DNA from: Minisyncoccota bacterium
GTDB taxonomy: Bacteria > Patescibacteriota > Minisyncoccia > 2-02-FULL-40-12 > GWA2-44-9
Direction: 5' to 3'
Assembly (NCBI GenBank): GCA_035549275.1
Contig: DASZRH010000030.1
Coordinates: forward strand, 1,912-65,911
Length of the DNA stretch: 64,000 nucleotides
Part shown: positions 16,954-25,681 of the stretch, piece by piece
Numbering within the stretch: position 1 is the stretch's first letter
How the letters are laid out: each line of letters opens with the position of its first letter
Program-made: the position numbers and the translations under genes
The notes under the pieces: model-generated
The model's database searches: none
What the model saw: the letters and a program-made list of their open reading frames with translations, nothing else
Told to the model about the DNA's origin: nothing

Positions 16954-19083
16954 ATGAAGTGGACTGTTACTCCCATTACTTCCCGCCGCCGTTTTGCGTG
17001 GCCCTCGGCCCGGCAGTGGGGCCATTTTTTGCTCTGGGTCATCGTCTTGGGCGCCATTGCCGGATTTAGTTTGTTTATCTACCTTGAACGTACGCTCCCC
17101 GACCCCGAATCAATCGCCACGCGCCGCGTGAGCGAATCGACCAAAATCTACGATCGGACCGGCCAAGTGCTCCTCTATGACATCCACGGCGATGAAAAAC
17201 GAACCATTATCGCCTGGGAAGACATGCCCGAAAGCGCCCGCGAGGCCACTCTAGCGGCCGAAGACGGCAGTTTCTACCAGCATGGCGGCTTTGATATCAA
17301 AGGCATTCTCCGTTCCTTGTTTGTTGACCTGAAAACCTTAAGTTTTGATCAGGGCGGTTCAACGATTACCCAGCAGCTGGTCGGCAACGCCCTGACAGGA
17401 CGCCAAAAAACTCCGCTTCGAAAAATCCAAGAATTGATTCTGTCGGTGGAAGTCGAAAAGAAATTCACCAAAGATCAAATCTTGTGGATGTACCTTAACG
17501 AAATTCCTTACGGCTCGAATATCTACGGCATTGAAGCTGCCAGCAAGGCCTTCTTCGGCATCTCGGCCTCTGATTTAACCATTGCCCAATCAGCCACCCT
17601 CGCCTCAATCATCCAGCGGCCCACGTATTATTCTCCTTATGGCAGCCACGTCGATGAACTGATGGCCCGCAAAAATATGGTCCTCGGCCGGATGAAAGAC
17701 CTTGGATTCATTTCTGATGACGAATATCAAACAGCACTAAATGAAGAGCTGGCGTTCAAGAAAAGCACCGAAAGCATTACCGCTCCTCACTTCGTAATTA
17801 TGGTCAAAGACTATGTCGTCAAAAAATACGGCGAAGATGCGGTCGAGAATGGCGGTTTAAAGATTATCACCACTCTCGACGCCAATCTTCAAGAACTGGC
17901 ATCAAAATCAGTGAATAAATATGTGCCGATCAACGAAAAGCAATATAAAGCTTCTAATGCGGCACTGGTTTCGGTCGATCCGAAGACCGGCGATGTTCTG
18001 GCCCTGATCGGTTCGCGGGACTATTTCGATATTGAACACGACGGAAACTTCAATGTCGCCGTTGACGGGCCCGGCCGACAGCCCGGTTCGTCATTCAAAC
18101 CGTTCGCATACGCCACCCTTTTCCAAAAAGGCTATCCCGATTCCACGGTTCTCTTTGATACACGCACCGAATTCAACCCGAACTGCCCTGCAGACAGTTC
18201 TGGTAAAAAAGATCAGTATGGCCTCGATTGTTACCATCCACAAAACTACGACAGCCAATACCGTGGCCCAGTTTCATTGCGCCAAGCGCTCGATCAATCG
18301 CTAAACGTTCCAGCTGTGAAGGTCCTCTATTTGGCCGGCATTCAGGATACGATTAATCTCGCCAGTGCGATGGGAATCACCACATTGACCAACCCTCAAA
18401 ATTACGGTCTCTCGCTGGTCCTGGGCGGCGCCGAAGTGCATCCGATCGATTTGGTTTCCGCGTACGGCGTATTTGCAAACGACGGCATTCGCAATCCGTG
18501 GCATATCGTCAATGAAATTCAGGATGCCAATGGGAATATTCTCGAAAAAGCAACTGATCAATCGCAGCGCGTCCTTGATTCTCAAACCGCGCGGTTGATT
18601 GATAATGTGCTTTCCGATAACTCGGCGCGGGCGCCGGTATTTGGCTATAACAATTCTCTCTATATCCCCGGCTATGACGTGGCGGCTAAAACCGGTACCA
18701 CGCAAGACAATCACGACGGCTGGGTCGTCGGGTTCAGTCCCAATATTGCGACGGTTGTGTGGACTGGCAACAATGACAATAGCCCAATGACTGCGGCCGG
18801 CGCCGGCATCAGCGCCGCTGGACCGATGTGGCACGATTTCATGGTCGGCGCTCTTCAAAAGCTTCCCAATACTTCTTTTCCCGAGCCGGCGCCGGTTATC
18901 TCTTCAAAAATCATGCTCAACGGCGAGTATACCGACACTTCCACCGGTATGCCGCAAATCAACACGATTCTCCAATATATTGACCCGAGCGATCCTTTGG
19001 GACCGGCACCATTCAACCCCCAAACCAATGAACAGTACAACAACTGGGAATGGGCCGTACGTCGTTTCTTTGGCGAGCAATAG
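16954..19083 (+). CDS. Class A penicillin-binding protein (PBP1A family)
   Basis: AED..FYQHGG, GGSTITQQL, RKIQE, YLNEI transglycosylase motifs; SSFK, SLN, KTGT transpeptidase motifs. Confidence 0.95.
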   Translation: MKWTVTPITSRRRFAWPSARQWGHFLLWVIVLGAIAGFSLFIYLERTLPDPESIATRRVSESTKIYDRTGQVLLYDIHGDEKRTIIAWEDMPESAREATLAAEDGSFYQHGGFDIKGILRSLFVDLKTLSFDQGGSTITQQLVGNALTGRQKTPLRKIQELILSVEVEKKFTKDQILWMYLNEIPYGSNIYGIEAASKAFFGISASDLTIAQSATLASIIQRPTYYSPYGSHVDELMARKNMVLGRMKDLGFISDDEYQTALNEELAFKKSTESITAPHFVIMVKDYVVKKYGEDAVENGGLKIITTLDANLQELASKSVNKYVPINEKQYKASNAALVSVDPKTGDVLALIGSRDYFDIEHDGNFNVAVDGPGRQPGSSFKPFAYATLFQKGYPDSTVLFDTRTEFNPNCPADSSGKKDQYGLDCYHPQNYDSQYRGPVSLRQALDQSLNVPAVKVLYLAGIQDTINLASAMGITTLTNPQNYGLSLVLGGAEVHPIDLVSAYGVFANDGIRNPWHIVNEIQDANGNILEKATDQSQRVLDSQTARLIDNVLSDNSARAPVFGYNNSLYIPGYDVAAKTGTTQDNHDGWVVGFSPNIATVVWTGNNDNSPMTAAGAGISAAGPMWHDFMVGALQKLPNTSFPEPAPVISSKIMLNGEYTDTSTGMPQINTILQYIDPSDPLGPAPFNPQTNEQYNNWEWAVRRFFGEQ

Positions 19084-19086
19084 CCG

Positions 19087-19350
19087 TTACTTGATAACTA
19101 TCCTTCGACAGCTGATCCCGTGCTCACGGAGAGCGTTATAGAGCGTTTTAGCGTGGAGAGTAATATCCGACGCCACACTTTTATGGCGAGTGGTGATAAA
19201 AAGCGTTTCGTTTTTAAACTGGATCGAGACATACGGCGCGTACCGGCTCATCACCTCCCTGATCACCTGAATTATTCTTTGTTCCAACGTGGCCTGAGAT
19301 TGGAATTCTTCTTGTCTGCGCGCCACGCGCTTGCCCATACTTCTAAACAT
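19087..19350 (-). CDS. Small basic protein, probable DciA/DUF721-like helicase loader
   Basis: Coupled to the 3' end of dnaN; FKNETLFITTRHKSVASDI resembles the DUF721 beta-beta-alpha pattern. Confidence 0.5.
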   Translation of the reverse strand: MFRSMGKRVARRQEEFQSQATLEQRIIQVIREVMSRYAPYVSIQFKNETLFITTRHKSVASDITLHAKTLYNALREHGISCRRIVIK

Positions 19351-20438
19351 TATCCTCGAAGCGGCATCACGATATACGTAATTCCGGTCATCCCGCTGGG
19401 TTTAATCACAAATGGGCTCCCTTCGCCGGTATATTCAAGGATAACATCAGACGATGGGATATGTTTGAGTCCGTCGAGAATATAGTGAAAATTCAATCCG
19501 ATCGTAAAACCGGCACCTTTCACCAGTCCAGCCGCCGTAGTCTCAATTTCTCCTTTATCCGGATTCTTGGCGATAATGGTAATTTTTTCCGACTCCGCGG
19601 CTATTTTAATATCTGAATTGCCAGGTGAAAACAATCCTGCCAGACGAACATTCTTTTCAAGGTCGTCTTTTTTTATCAAAACACTGCTGACGGATTTTTC
19701 AGGAATCACGTTTTTGTAGGGCGGATAATTTCCATCAATCACCCGTGAGACCAGTTCAATGTCATTATTACAGAAAACAATTTGATTGTCGGCGTATTTA
19801 ATCTCAATATCTCCGGCCATATCCCCGCACACGCGAATCAATTCTGCCACCGTATTTCTCGGCAAGATAACAATCGTATTTTCAGTTGTTTTTGCGGGAA
19901 TGACAACCTCGGTAAGCCGGAAACTGTCGGTTGAGGCGACCGTAATATTATTGTTTTTCGCCTGGAGATATACGCCGGCAAGTTCCGGCCGGGCATCGGA
20001 TAATGCTACGGAGTCCAAAACCGACACGAACGCGTTTTTGATATCCCGGGCCAATACCACCGCAACTGGATTATTTTTAATCTTAGGGATAATCGGAAAA
20101 TCCTTAGGATCAAGCCCGAGGATATGGGTTTTATAGTGGTTAGTCTGGATAAATAAGGTGTTGTTTTTGGTCGTCAGAGTTATTTTTTCGTCGCTCGTGT
20201 TGGAAATAAAGTCATTGAAAATCCGCGCCGGCACCGTTATTTCTCCAGCTTCATCGATTTTGACCCCGATTACCGTCGTGATGCCAATTTCAAGATTCGT
20301 GGCGCTGAATCGAAGCATTCCTCCTTCGGTTTTAATGAGGATATTGTTCAGGATTGGCAGCGATGTGTTTTTGGCGACTACTTTCTCAGTAAGCCCGACG
20401 GCTGCTTTTAAGTTTTGCTGACTGACGGTTACCTGCAT
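19350..20438 (-). CDS. dnaN: DNA polymerase III beta clamp
   Basis: LPILNNI, ATNLEI, STDSFRL, IDGNYP, C-terminal MPLR; follows dnaA. Confidence 0.97.
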   Translation of the reverse strand: MQVTVSQQNLKAAVGLTEKVVAKNTSLPILNNILIKTEGGMLRFSATNLEIGITTVIGVKIDEAGEITVPARIFNDFISNTSDEKITLTTKNNTLFIQTNHYKTHILGLDPKDFPIIPKIKNNPVAVVLARDIKNAFVSVLDSVALSDARPELAGVYLQAKNNNITVASTDSFRLTEVVIPAKTTENTIVILPRNTVAELIRVCGDMAGDIEIKYADNQIVFCNNDIELVSRVIDGNYPPYKNVIPEKSVSSVLIKKDDLEKNVRLAGLFSPGNSDIKIAAESEKITIIAKNPDKGEIETTAAGLVKGAGFTIGLNFHYILDGLKHIPSSDVILEYTGEGSPFVIKPSGMTGITYIVMPLRG

Positions 20439-20678
20439 AGTAGTTATAATTATATTTTTAAGTATTATTACTCTTATTATGTCTGTGGATATGGGGATAT
20501 ATTTTTGATCACAGAATTTAATTGAGTTAATACTTTGGTTTTTTAGGATTTTATTCTCTGACTGCGTGTGAATAAATATCGTGTATCTCCTGGATAATTT
20601 CTGATAACTTTTATATTCTTTCTTTTTCTCCCCCTCTATCCATGCACTCTATACTACTTATCAAAAGAGTTATACACA
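20439..20678. promoter_or_regulatory. Replication origin oriC (dnaA-dnaN intergenic)
   Basis: AT-rich unwinding stretch 20439-20480 with TAA/TAG triplet repeats. DnaA-box-like TGTGGATAT 20484, TGGGGATAT 20492, TGTGAATAA 20567, TTATACACA 20670. Spot-counted lines are C>G to the left and G>C to the right. Confidence 0.8.
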
Positions 20679-22024
20679 CGTTCCTTGATAAGTACCAACT
20701 CTTGTTTTAAGGGTTCATCAACCGCCGATTCCGCTTTTATTTTTTCATACGCATGGATAACAGTCGAATGATCGCGTCCGCCGAGTTTTTGGCCAATCTC
20801 CGGGAAAGACAACTTGGTCTCATCGCGGAGTAAGAACATGGTGATTTGACGCGGACGTACCACTTCTTTTTTGCGGCTTCGCTTCAAAAGGTCGTTTAAA
20901 GAAATATTATAGAAATCAGCCACGGCCTTTAAGACTGATTGCGGCGATGTTTTTCGATAAGGCGTATTTAAGTAGGTATTTAAGATGTTTTTTACCTCTT
21001 TTACGTCCGGCAGTTTGTTGTAAATTTGAGCGAAGGCAATAACCCTGTTTAAAGCGCCTTCAAGCTCGCGGACATTTTTTTGAATATGAGTCGCGATATA
21101 TGACAGAACATCATCGGATAATTCAGTGTTTTTAATGGCGCTTTTCTGTTTCAGGATCGCAAGCCGGGTTTCATAGTCCGGAAGACCAACATCGGCGATC
21201 ATACCGCCGGCAAAGCGGGAGCGAAGCCGTTCTTCGATTGCTGGGATAGCTTGCGGCGGCCGGTCTGATGAGAATACGATCTGTTTATTCTTTCCATAGA
21301 GCTCATTAAATGTCGAAAATGTGATTTCTTGCATCTTTTCTTTGCCGGCGAAGAACTGCACATCGTCGATAATCAACAGATCAAGAGCGGCATAGCGGCT
21401 TTTAAGTTCTTCGACGGACTTATTCCGAATTGCCTCGACAATATGGGCGCTGAAGCGCTCGGCGGGAATATAGAGCACCTTTCGATCTTTTTGCTCTGCT
21501 ACCTTGTTTCCGACTGCCTGAAGGAGGTGGGTTTTTCCTAAACCGACGCCGCCATACAAAAAGAGCGGATTATACATTTTGCCGACGTTTTTGGTGACGG
21601 CAAGACAAGCGGCATAAGCCAGTTCATTATTGGAGCCGGTTACAAAGGATTCAAAGGAATACTTCTTATTAAGATTCGTGTTTTTATCAATATCGCTGTC
21701 GGCCGGAGCATCGGCCTTCTCTTCCAATTCTCGCTCCATGATGATCTTGGAGAAATCTTGCTTGATAAGTTCAAGCTTGGGCTTGCCGACGGTATATTTT
21801 ATTTCGCGAATTTCAGGCGAGAGCGCGCGAATGGACTGAAGAATCTTTTTGGTAAATTTGTCTTCCAGCCATACTTTCACGAAATTATTGGGAACATTGA
21901 CGACGGCAGACGTTTTGTCGCGGGCAATCAAAGACGTATTCTTCAGCCAAGTTGTAAACGTCGCTCGGGAGACGGTAAGTTCCATTTCGCCGAGGACCGC
22001 TTTCCAAAGTTGCTCGTTCGTCAT
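20654..22024 (-). CDS. dnaA: Chromosomal replication initiator DnaA
   Basis: YNPLFLYGGVGLGKTHL, LIIDDVQF, RELEGAL, GGRDHSTVIHA. Confidence 0.99.
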   Translation of the reverse strand: MTNEQLWKAVLGEMELTVSRATFTTWLKNTSLIARDKTSAVVNVPNNFVKVWLEDKFTKKILQSIRALSPEIREIKYTVGKPKLELIKQDFSKIIMERELEEKADAPADSDIDKNTNLNKKYSFESFVTGSNNELAYAACLAVTKNVGKMYNPLFLYGGVGLGKTHLLQAVGNKVAEQKDRKVLYIPAERFSAHIVEAIRNKSVEELKSRYAALDLLIIDDVQFFAGKEKMQEITFSTFNELYGKNKQIVFSSDRPPQAIPAIEERLRSRFAGGMIADVGLPDYETRLAILKQKSAIKNTELSDDVLSYIATHIQKNVRELEGALNRVIAFAQIYNKLPDVKEVKNILNTYLNTPYRKTSPQSVLKAVADFYNISLNDLLKRSRKKEVVRPRQITMFLLRDETKLSFPEIGQKLGGRDHSTVIHAYEKIKAESAVDEPLKQELVLIKERVYNSFDK

Positions 22025-22213
22025 TGAGGAGAATAATTATTCTTCAGGTTATTATAGCGAACGCCTTCAGAATGCAATATTCACAGAAGTTGATAGCCTG
22101 TTCATAAGTCTGATCACACTCGACCCTGCGTTCGATACCAGTATGTATAGCAAGCGCAATAGAATAGTAAATATTGACCAAGCTCTTATTTCACGATACA
22201 ATTATATCAATCT

Positions 22214-22351
22214 ATGAAAATCACACTCTACCGACCCAAAAAGCAAAAAAGAAAGCGCAAGCACGGCTTTCTCTCTCGCATGCAAACCAAGTCGGGCCGT
22301 TCGGTCCTCGCCCGACGCCGCAAGAAGCACCGCCAGCGATTAACGGTTTAA
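22214..22351 (+). CDS. rpmH: 50S ribosomal protein L34 (not in the ORF track)
   Basis: [45 protein letters not shown]; divergent from dnaA. Confidence 0.96.
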   Translation: MKITLYRPKKQKRKRKHGFLSRMQTKSGRSVLARRRKKHRQRLTV

Positions 22352-22354
22352 GCC

Positions 22355-22687
22355 GTGGCTCTTTCCCGAATCCATCGCTTGGCGAGAAAACGTGATTTTG
22401 ACGACGTGTTTCAGAATGGTACTTTTGTCCGCGGGCCGTGGTTCTCAATTCGGACTTTCAAAAGAGCCGATTCGCCGGGCCGAGCCGGGTTTATGGTTCC
22501 AAGCCGGATTATTCCCCGGGCTGTGGATCGCACCCGAATCCGCCGGATTTTAAGCCAGGCCGTGCGAGCGCTGGGTCTGGCGCGATTGAAAGGATACGAT
22601 CTCGTAATATCAGTTTCCCGTTCCCTGCCAGGTGATTTCAAAAGAATTCAAAGCGATATCAGTACAGCCGTTGCTAAAACTCTATGA
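22355..22687 (+). CDS. rnpA: Ribonuclease P protein component
   Basis: RL...DFDDVF..G, RAGFMV, AVDRTRIRR (RNR-like motif); synteny. Confidence 0.9.
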   Translation: MALSRIHRLARKRDFDDVFQNGTFVRGPWFSIRTFKRADSPGRAGFMVPSRIIPRAVDRTRIRRILSQAVRALGLARLKGYDLVISVSRSLPGDFKRIQSDISTAVAKTL

Positions 22688-22902
22688 TTACTCTCTATCG
22701 CCTCATTAATACGTTTATTCGAAACAGTCAAACTCCGCTCTTGGCGACTACCACCTGCAAATATTATCCCTCCTGCTCGCAGTACGCCGAGCTGGCGATT
22801 AAAGAGCGCGGGATATTCGTCGGTTCCTTGAAATCCATCTGGCGGATTATCCGGTGCAATCCCTGGAGCCGCGGCGGCATTGATTTTCCCTCACCCCAAT
22901 GA
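22684..22902 (+). CDS. yidD: Membrane protein insertion efficiency factor YidD
   Basis: CKYYPSCSQY...RIIRCNPWSRGGID. Confidence 0.93.
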   Translation: MITLYRLINTFIRNSQTPLLATTTCKYYPSCSQYAELAIKERGIFVGSLKSIWRIIRCNPWSRGGIDFPSPQ

Positions 22903-23597
22903 TTACTGATTTTTTTCGAGAAGTACTGTATCGTCCTCTGTTCAATGTTCTCATTGGTATTACCAATGTCATTCCCGGCCATGACGTCGGATTGGCCATT
23001 ATCTTTCTGACAATCCTCGTTCGGCTTATATTTTTGCCGCTTTCCATCCGCTCCCAGCGTTCTCAACGGGCACTGAACCAACTCAATCCGAAAATCCAAG
23101 AGCTGCGGGAGAAACACAAAAACGACCAAGTTGCTCAAGGCCAAGCGATTATGCAGTTGTACAAGGATAACAACGTCAGCATGGTTGCCGGCTGTTTGCC
23201 GATTCTGATTCAATTCCCCATTCTCCTGGCCCTCTATCGCGTCTTTATTGCCGGTTTGAGCGCCAGCAGTCTGTCGCTGCTCTATCCTTTTATCCATAAC
23301 CCCGGAACCTTAAATACTGTGTTTCTAGGATTTTTAAGCATCGTCGGCAAGAGCCGTGTGCTCGCGGTGATAGCAGCGGCGCTGCAATTTATCCAGATAC
23401 GCCAAAGTACGCGGCTGCTGGGCGGGTCTGGGAATAACCAACAAATGGCGGCTATCAACAGTCAGATGATGTATGTGATGCCGGCAATGGTGTTAATCAT
23501 TGGCTGGAATTCTCCGGCCGGGCTCCTCTTGTATTGGGTTACAACGACGGTATGGGCCATGGGTGAGCAGTGGTATATCCGCCGGACCCTTTCATAG
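22899..23597 (+). CDS. yidC: Membrane protein insertase YidC/Oxa1 (short form)
   Basis: AIIFLTILVR, GCLPILIQFPIL, PAGLLLYW. Confidence 0.95.
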   Translation: MITDFFREVLYRPLFNVLIGITNVIPGHDVGLAIIFLTILVRLIFLPLSIRSQRSQRALNQLNPKIQELREKHKNDQVAQGQAIMQLYKDNNVSMVAGCLPILIQFPILLALYRVFIAGLSASSLSLLYPFIHNPGTLNTVFLGFLSIVGKSRVLAVIAAALQFIQIRQSTRLLGGSGNNQQMAAINSQMMYVMPAMVLIIGWNSPAGLLLYWVTTTVWAMGEQWYIRRTLS

Positions 23598-23600
23598 CAT

Positions 23601-24086
23601 ATGGATCAAGACCATGTTACTCGTTTAATTAAAGAAGTCGTGGAGCGGACGATGAGCGTCCTAGGTGTTGAGCACCGAGCGGATGTTGTCTCGGAGAATC
23701 GTGATGGAAAAACAGTGCTCACTGTTTCAATTCAGGCACCGGAACACGGTCGTCTTTTGATTGGGAAAAACGGCCAGAATCTCCACGCACTGGAACAGGT
23801 CCTGAAAGCCGTAGCTGCCAAGGATGCGACTGGCGCGTCGCTCGTTTCGGTGGACGTCAATGATTACAAAAAATCACGCGCGGAGCGCGTGATTCAGATT
23901 GCCCGCGAAGTTGTCGCCAGAGTCCGAGCGACGCGCCGGGCCGAAGCGCTGATGCCCATGTCTTCATACGAACGCCGCATTGTACATACCGAGCTGGCGG
24001 CAATGTCCGATATTGCGACCGAAAGCGTGGGCCAGGAACCCCAGCGCCGGATTGTCATCAAGACCGTCGCCTCGTCCCTGAACTAG
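23601..24086 (+). CDS. jag: Jag/KhpB-like KH plus R3H RNA-binding protein
   Basis: LIGKNGQNLHAL, DVNDYK, MSSYERRIVH, TESVGQEPQR. Confidence 0.9.
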   Translation: MDQDHVTRLIKEVVERTMSVLGVEHRADVVSENRDGKTVLTVSIQAPEHGRLLIGKNGQNLHALEQVLKAVAAKDATGASLVSVDVNDYKKSRAERVIQIAREVVARVRATRRAEALMPMSSYERRIVHTELAAMSDIATESVGQEPQRRIVIKTVASSLN

Positions 24087-24092
24087 CTGTTT

Positions 24093-25172
24093 TTACTCCC
24101 CGCTTACCTTGATAGCGTATAAGCTGTGGTCGGATTGGTTTACGATAATCAGAAAATCCTGGAGATGAGACAGAAATACTCGTTCGCCGGAAATAATCAC
24201 ATTTGAAGAAATGGTTTGTGAAGCGCCGGTTGCCAGATCAAGCCGGGTAACCGAGGTTTCTCCTTTGGTGTCCACCAGGCAAAACGCCGCACCGCCGTTG
24301 AGGGTCGGCGCGCATAGCGCGGCATCAACGGAGAGAGGAAGATTTATTTGGCTTTTGTCGGTGAGATTGTAGCGGGCCAAGACCGGATAGCCATCTTTTT
24401 CGACCGAGTAGATAAAACCGGACCCATCAGGAATCCAGACTACACCCAAGCTTGTCTGGCCTTCCAATATTTTTGTTAAGTCTCCGTTAGTGGCCAGAAG
24501 GTATAGATCGCTGGTGCCGTCGGCATTGGGTACCGTCAGGGCAAGCGTGTCCGGATTCGGCCAGGCGATCGAAAAGCGATCAAGCCGGGTCTTTAAAATC
24601 GTCCGAGCATATTGGTCCCCCGGTGCGCCGGTGGTAATAATCGTTTCGTCGTTTATCTTTCTGACGGCGGCGATAGAACTGCCGTCGGGCGAAAAGGCCG
24701 CATCAAGAACATTGGTCCCCATGCTGAATGCGCGGCCGGTGCCGTAGCTGTAATATTTAAACTCGGTTGCTTTTGCGGTCGTGAAAATCGTCATCACCTG
24801 CTGGCGGTCAGGCGACCAAATGACGCGGCTTAGCTGCGGCAGAATCGCCGTCGAGATATTTGTGTTTTGCCGCGTCACAATATCAGCTTTGGTGGCAATG
24901 CCGGTATCGGCTTGGTAATAGAGAACGCTTTCGCTGGCAATATCACTGACCGGAGAGATCGTTTCTTTTTCAGAGAGCTGGAACAGTCCCTGGGGCACAA
25001 TCGTCTGACCCGTCGAGCCGGCGAGGTTTTGGAACCGGTCCAAAATACTTCCCTTTTGGGCAGCGCCGGCGTCTGATTTTAATCCCGATTGAATAAGGAT
25101 ATAGCCGGCCAAAAAAGAAAGCAGCGAAGCGGTTAAAATACTGAAAGCCAGAATTTGTTTTGGAATCTTCAT
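24093..25172 (-). CDS. Membrane-anchored beta-propeller (TolB-like) protein of the T4SS-like cluster
   Basis: N-terminal TM segment; repeated WSPD/FSPDG/WPNPD/WIPDG motifs. Confidence 0.7.
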   Translation of the reverse strand: MKIPKQILAFSILTASLLSFLAGYILIQSGLKSDAGAAQKGSILDRFQNLAGSTGQTIVPQGLFQLSEKETISPVSDIASESVLYYQADTGIATKADIVTRQNTNISTAILPQLSRVIWSPDRQQVMTIFTTAKATEFKYYSYGTGRAFSMGTNVLDAAFSPDGSSIAAVRKINDETIITTGAPGDQYARTILKTRLDRFSIAWPNPDTLALTVPNADGTSDLYLLATNGDLTKILEGQTSLGVVWIPDGSGFIYSVEKDGYPVLARYNLTDKSQINLPLSVDAALCAPTLNGGAAFCLVDTKGETSVTRLDLATGASQTISSNVIISGERVFLSHLQDFLIIVNQSDHSLYAIKVSGE

Positions 25173-25175
25173 AAA

Positions 25176-25679
25176 TTAAATTCTGCTGGCAATACCGGCG
25201 GTGTGAGCAATTTGTTCAGCTTTTGCCGCAATATGCTGAATGGTTTTGCTGCGCGACTTGATGAATGCGTACACTAACGCGATTAAGTCCAGTGGAAAGT
25301 CGCCGATAAACGGGACCGCGTCTATAACCAGCGATATATCCCAGAGAATTCGCGCTTCACGCATGGATTTTCGATATTTCCGGGTAAGAAAGAACAAAAT
25401 AACGCTGATTCCCACATCTGCCACCCAGCATATCACGGTTACAATCAAACCAACGGCCGTGGCCGCAGCGGCAGTGCCGACCCAGGCCAAGGCCAGCTGG
25501 ATAAGAATGAGGAAAAATGAAGCTATGAATACAAGCCAACCCATGCGTTTTATGGCGGGCTGGCTTTCGGCCGCGGCGGCATCCGCCGCAGCCTCCTGGG
25601 CCCGCAGCATCTCCAGTTGAGATTGCTGCCAGGTCTCCTGGTCATCAATCAATTGTGGGTCAGTGGATGCGTCAGCCAT
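25176..25679 (-). CDS. Membrane protein of the T4SS-like cluster
   Basis: Several hydrophobic segments, DAVPFIGDFP motif; ATG 2 nt after the VirB4 stop. Confidence 0.7.
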   Translation of the reverse strand: MADASTDPQLIDDQETWQQSQLEMLRAQEAAADAAAAESQPAIKRMGWLVFIASFFLILIQLALAWVGTAAAATAVGLIVTVICWVADVGISVILFFLTRKYRKSMREARILWDISLVIDAVPFIGDFPLDLIALVYAFIKSRSKTIQHIAAKAEQIAHTAGIASRI

Positions 25680-25681
25680 GG

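Noticed and set aside
22174-22395. 73-aa ORF upstream of rnpA
   Set aside because: Wrong frame; the real gene is rpmH at 22214-22351.
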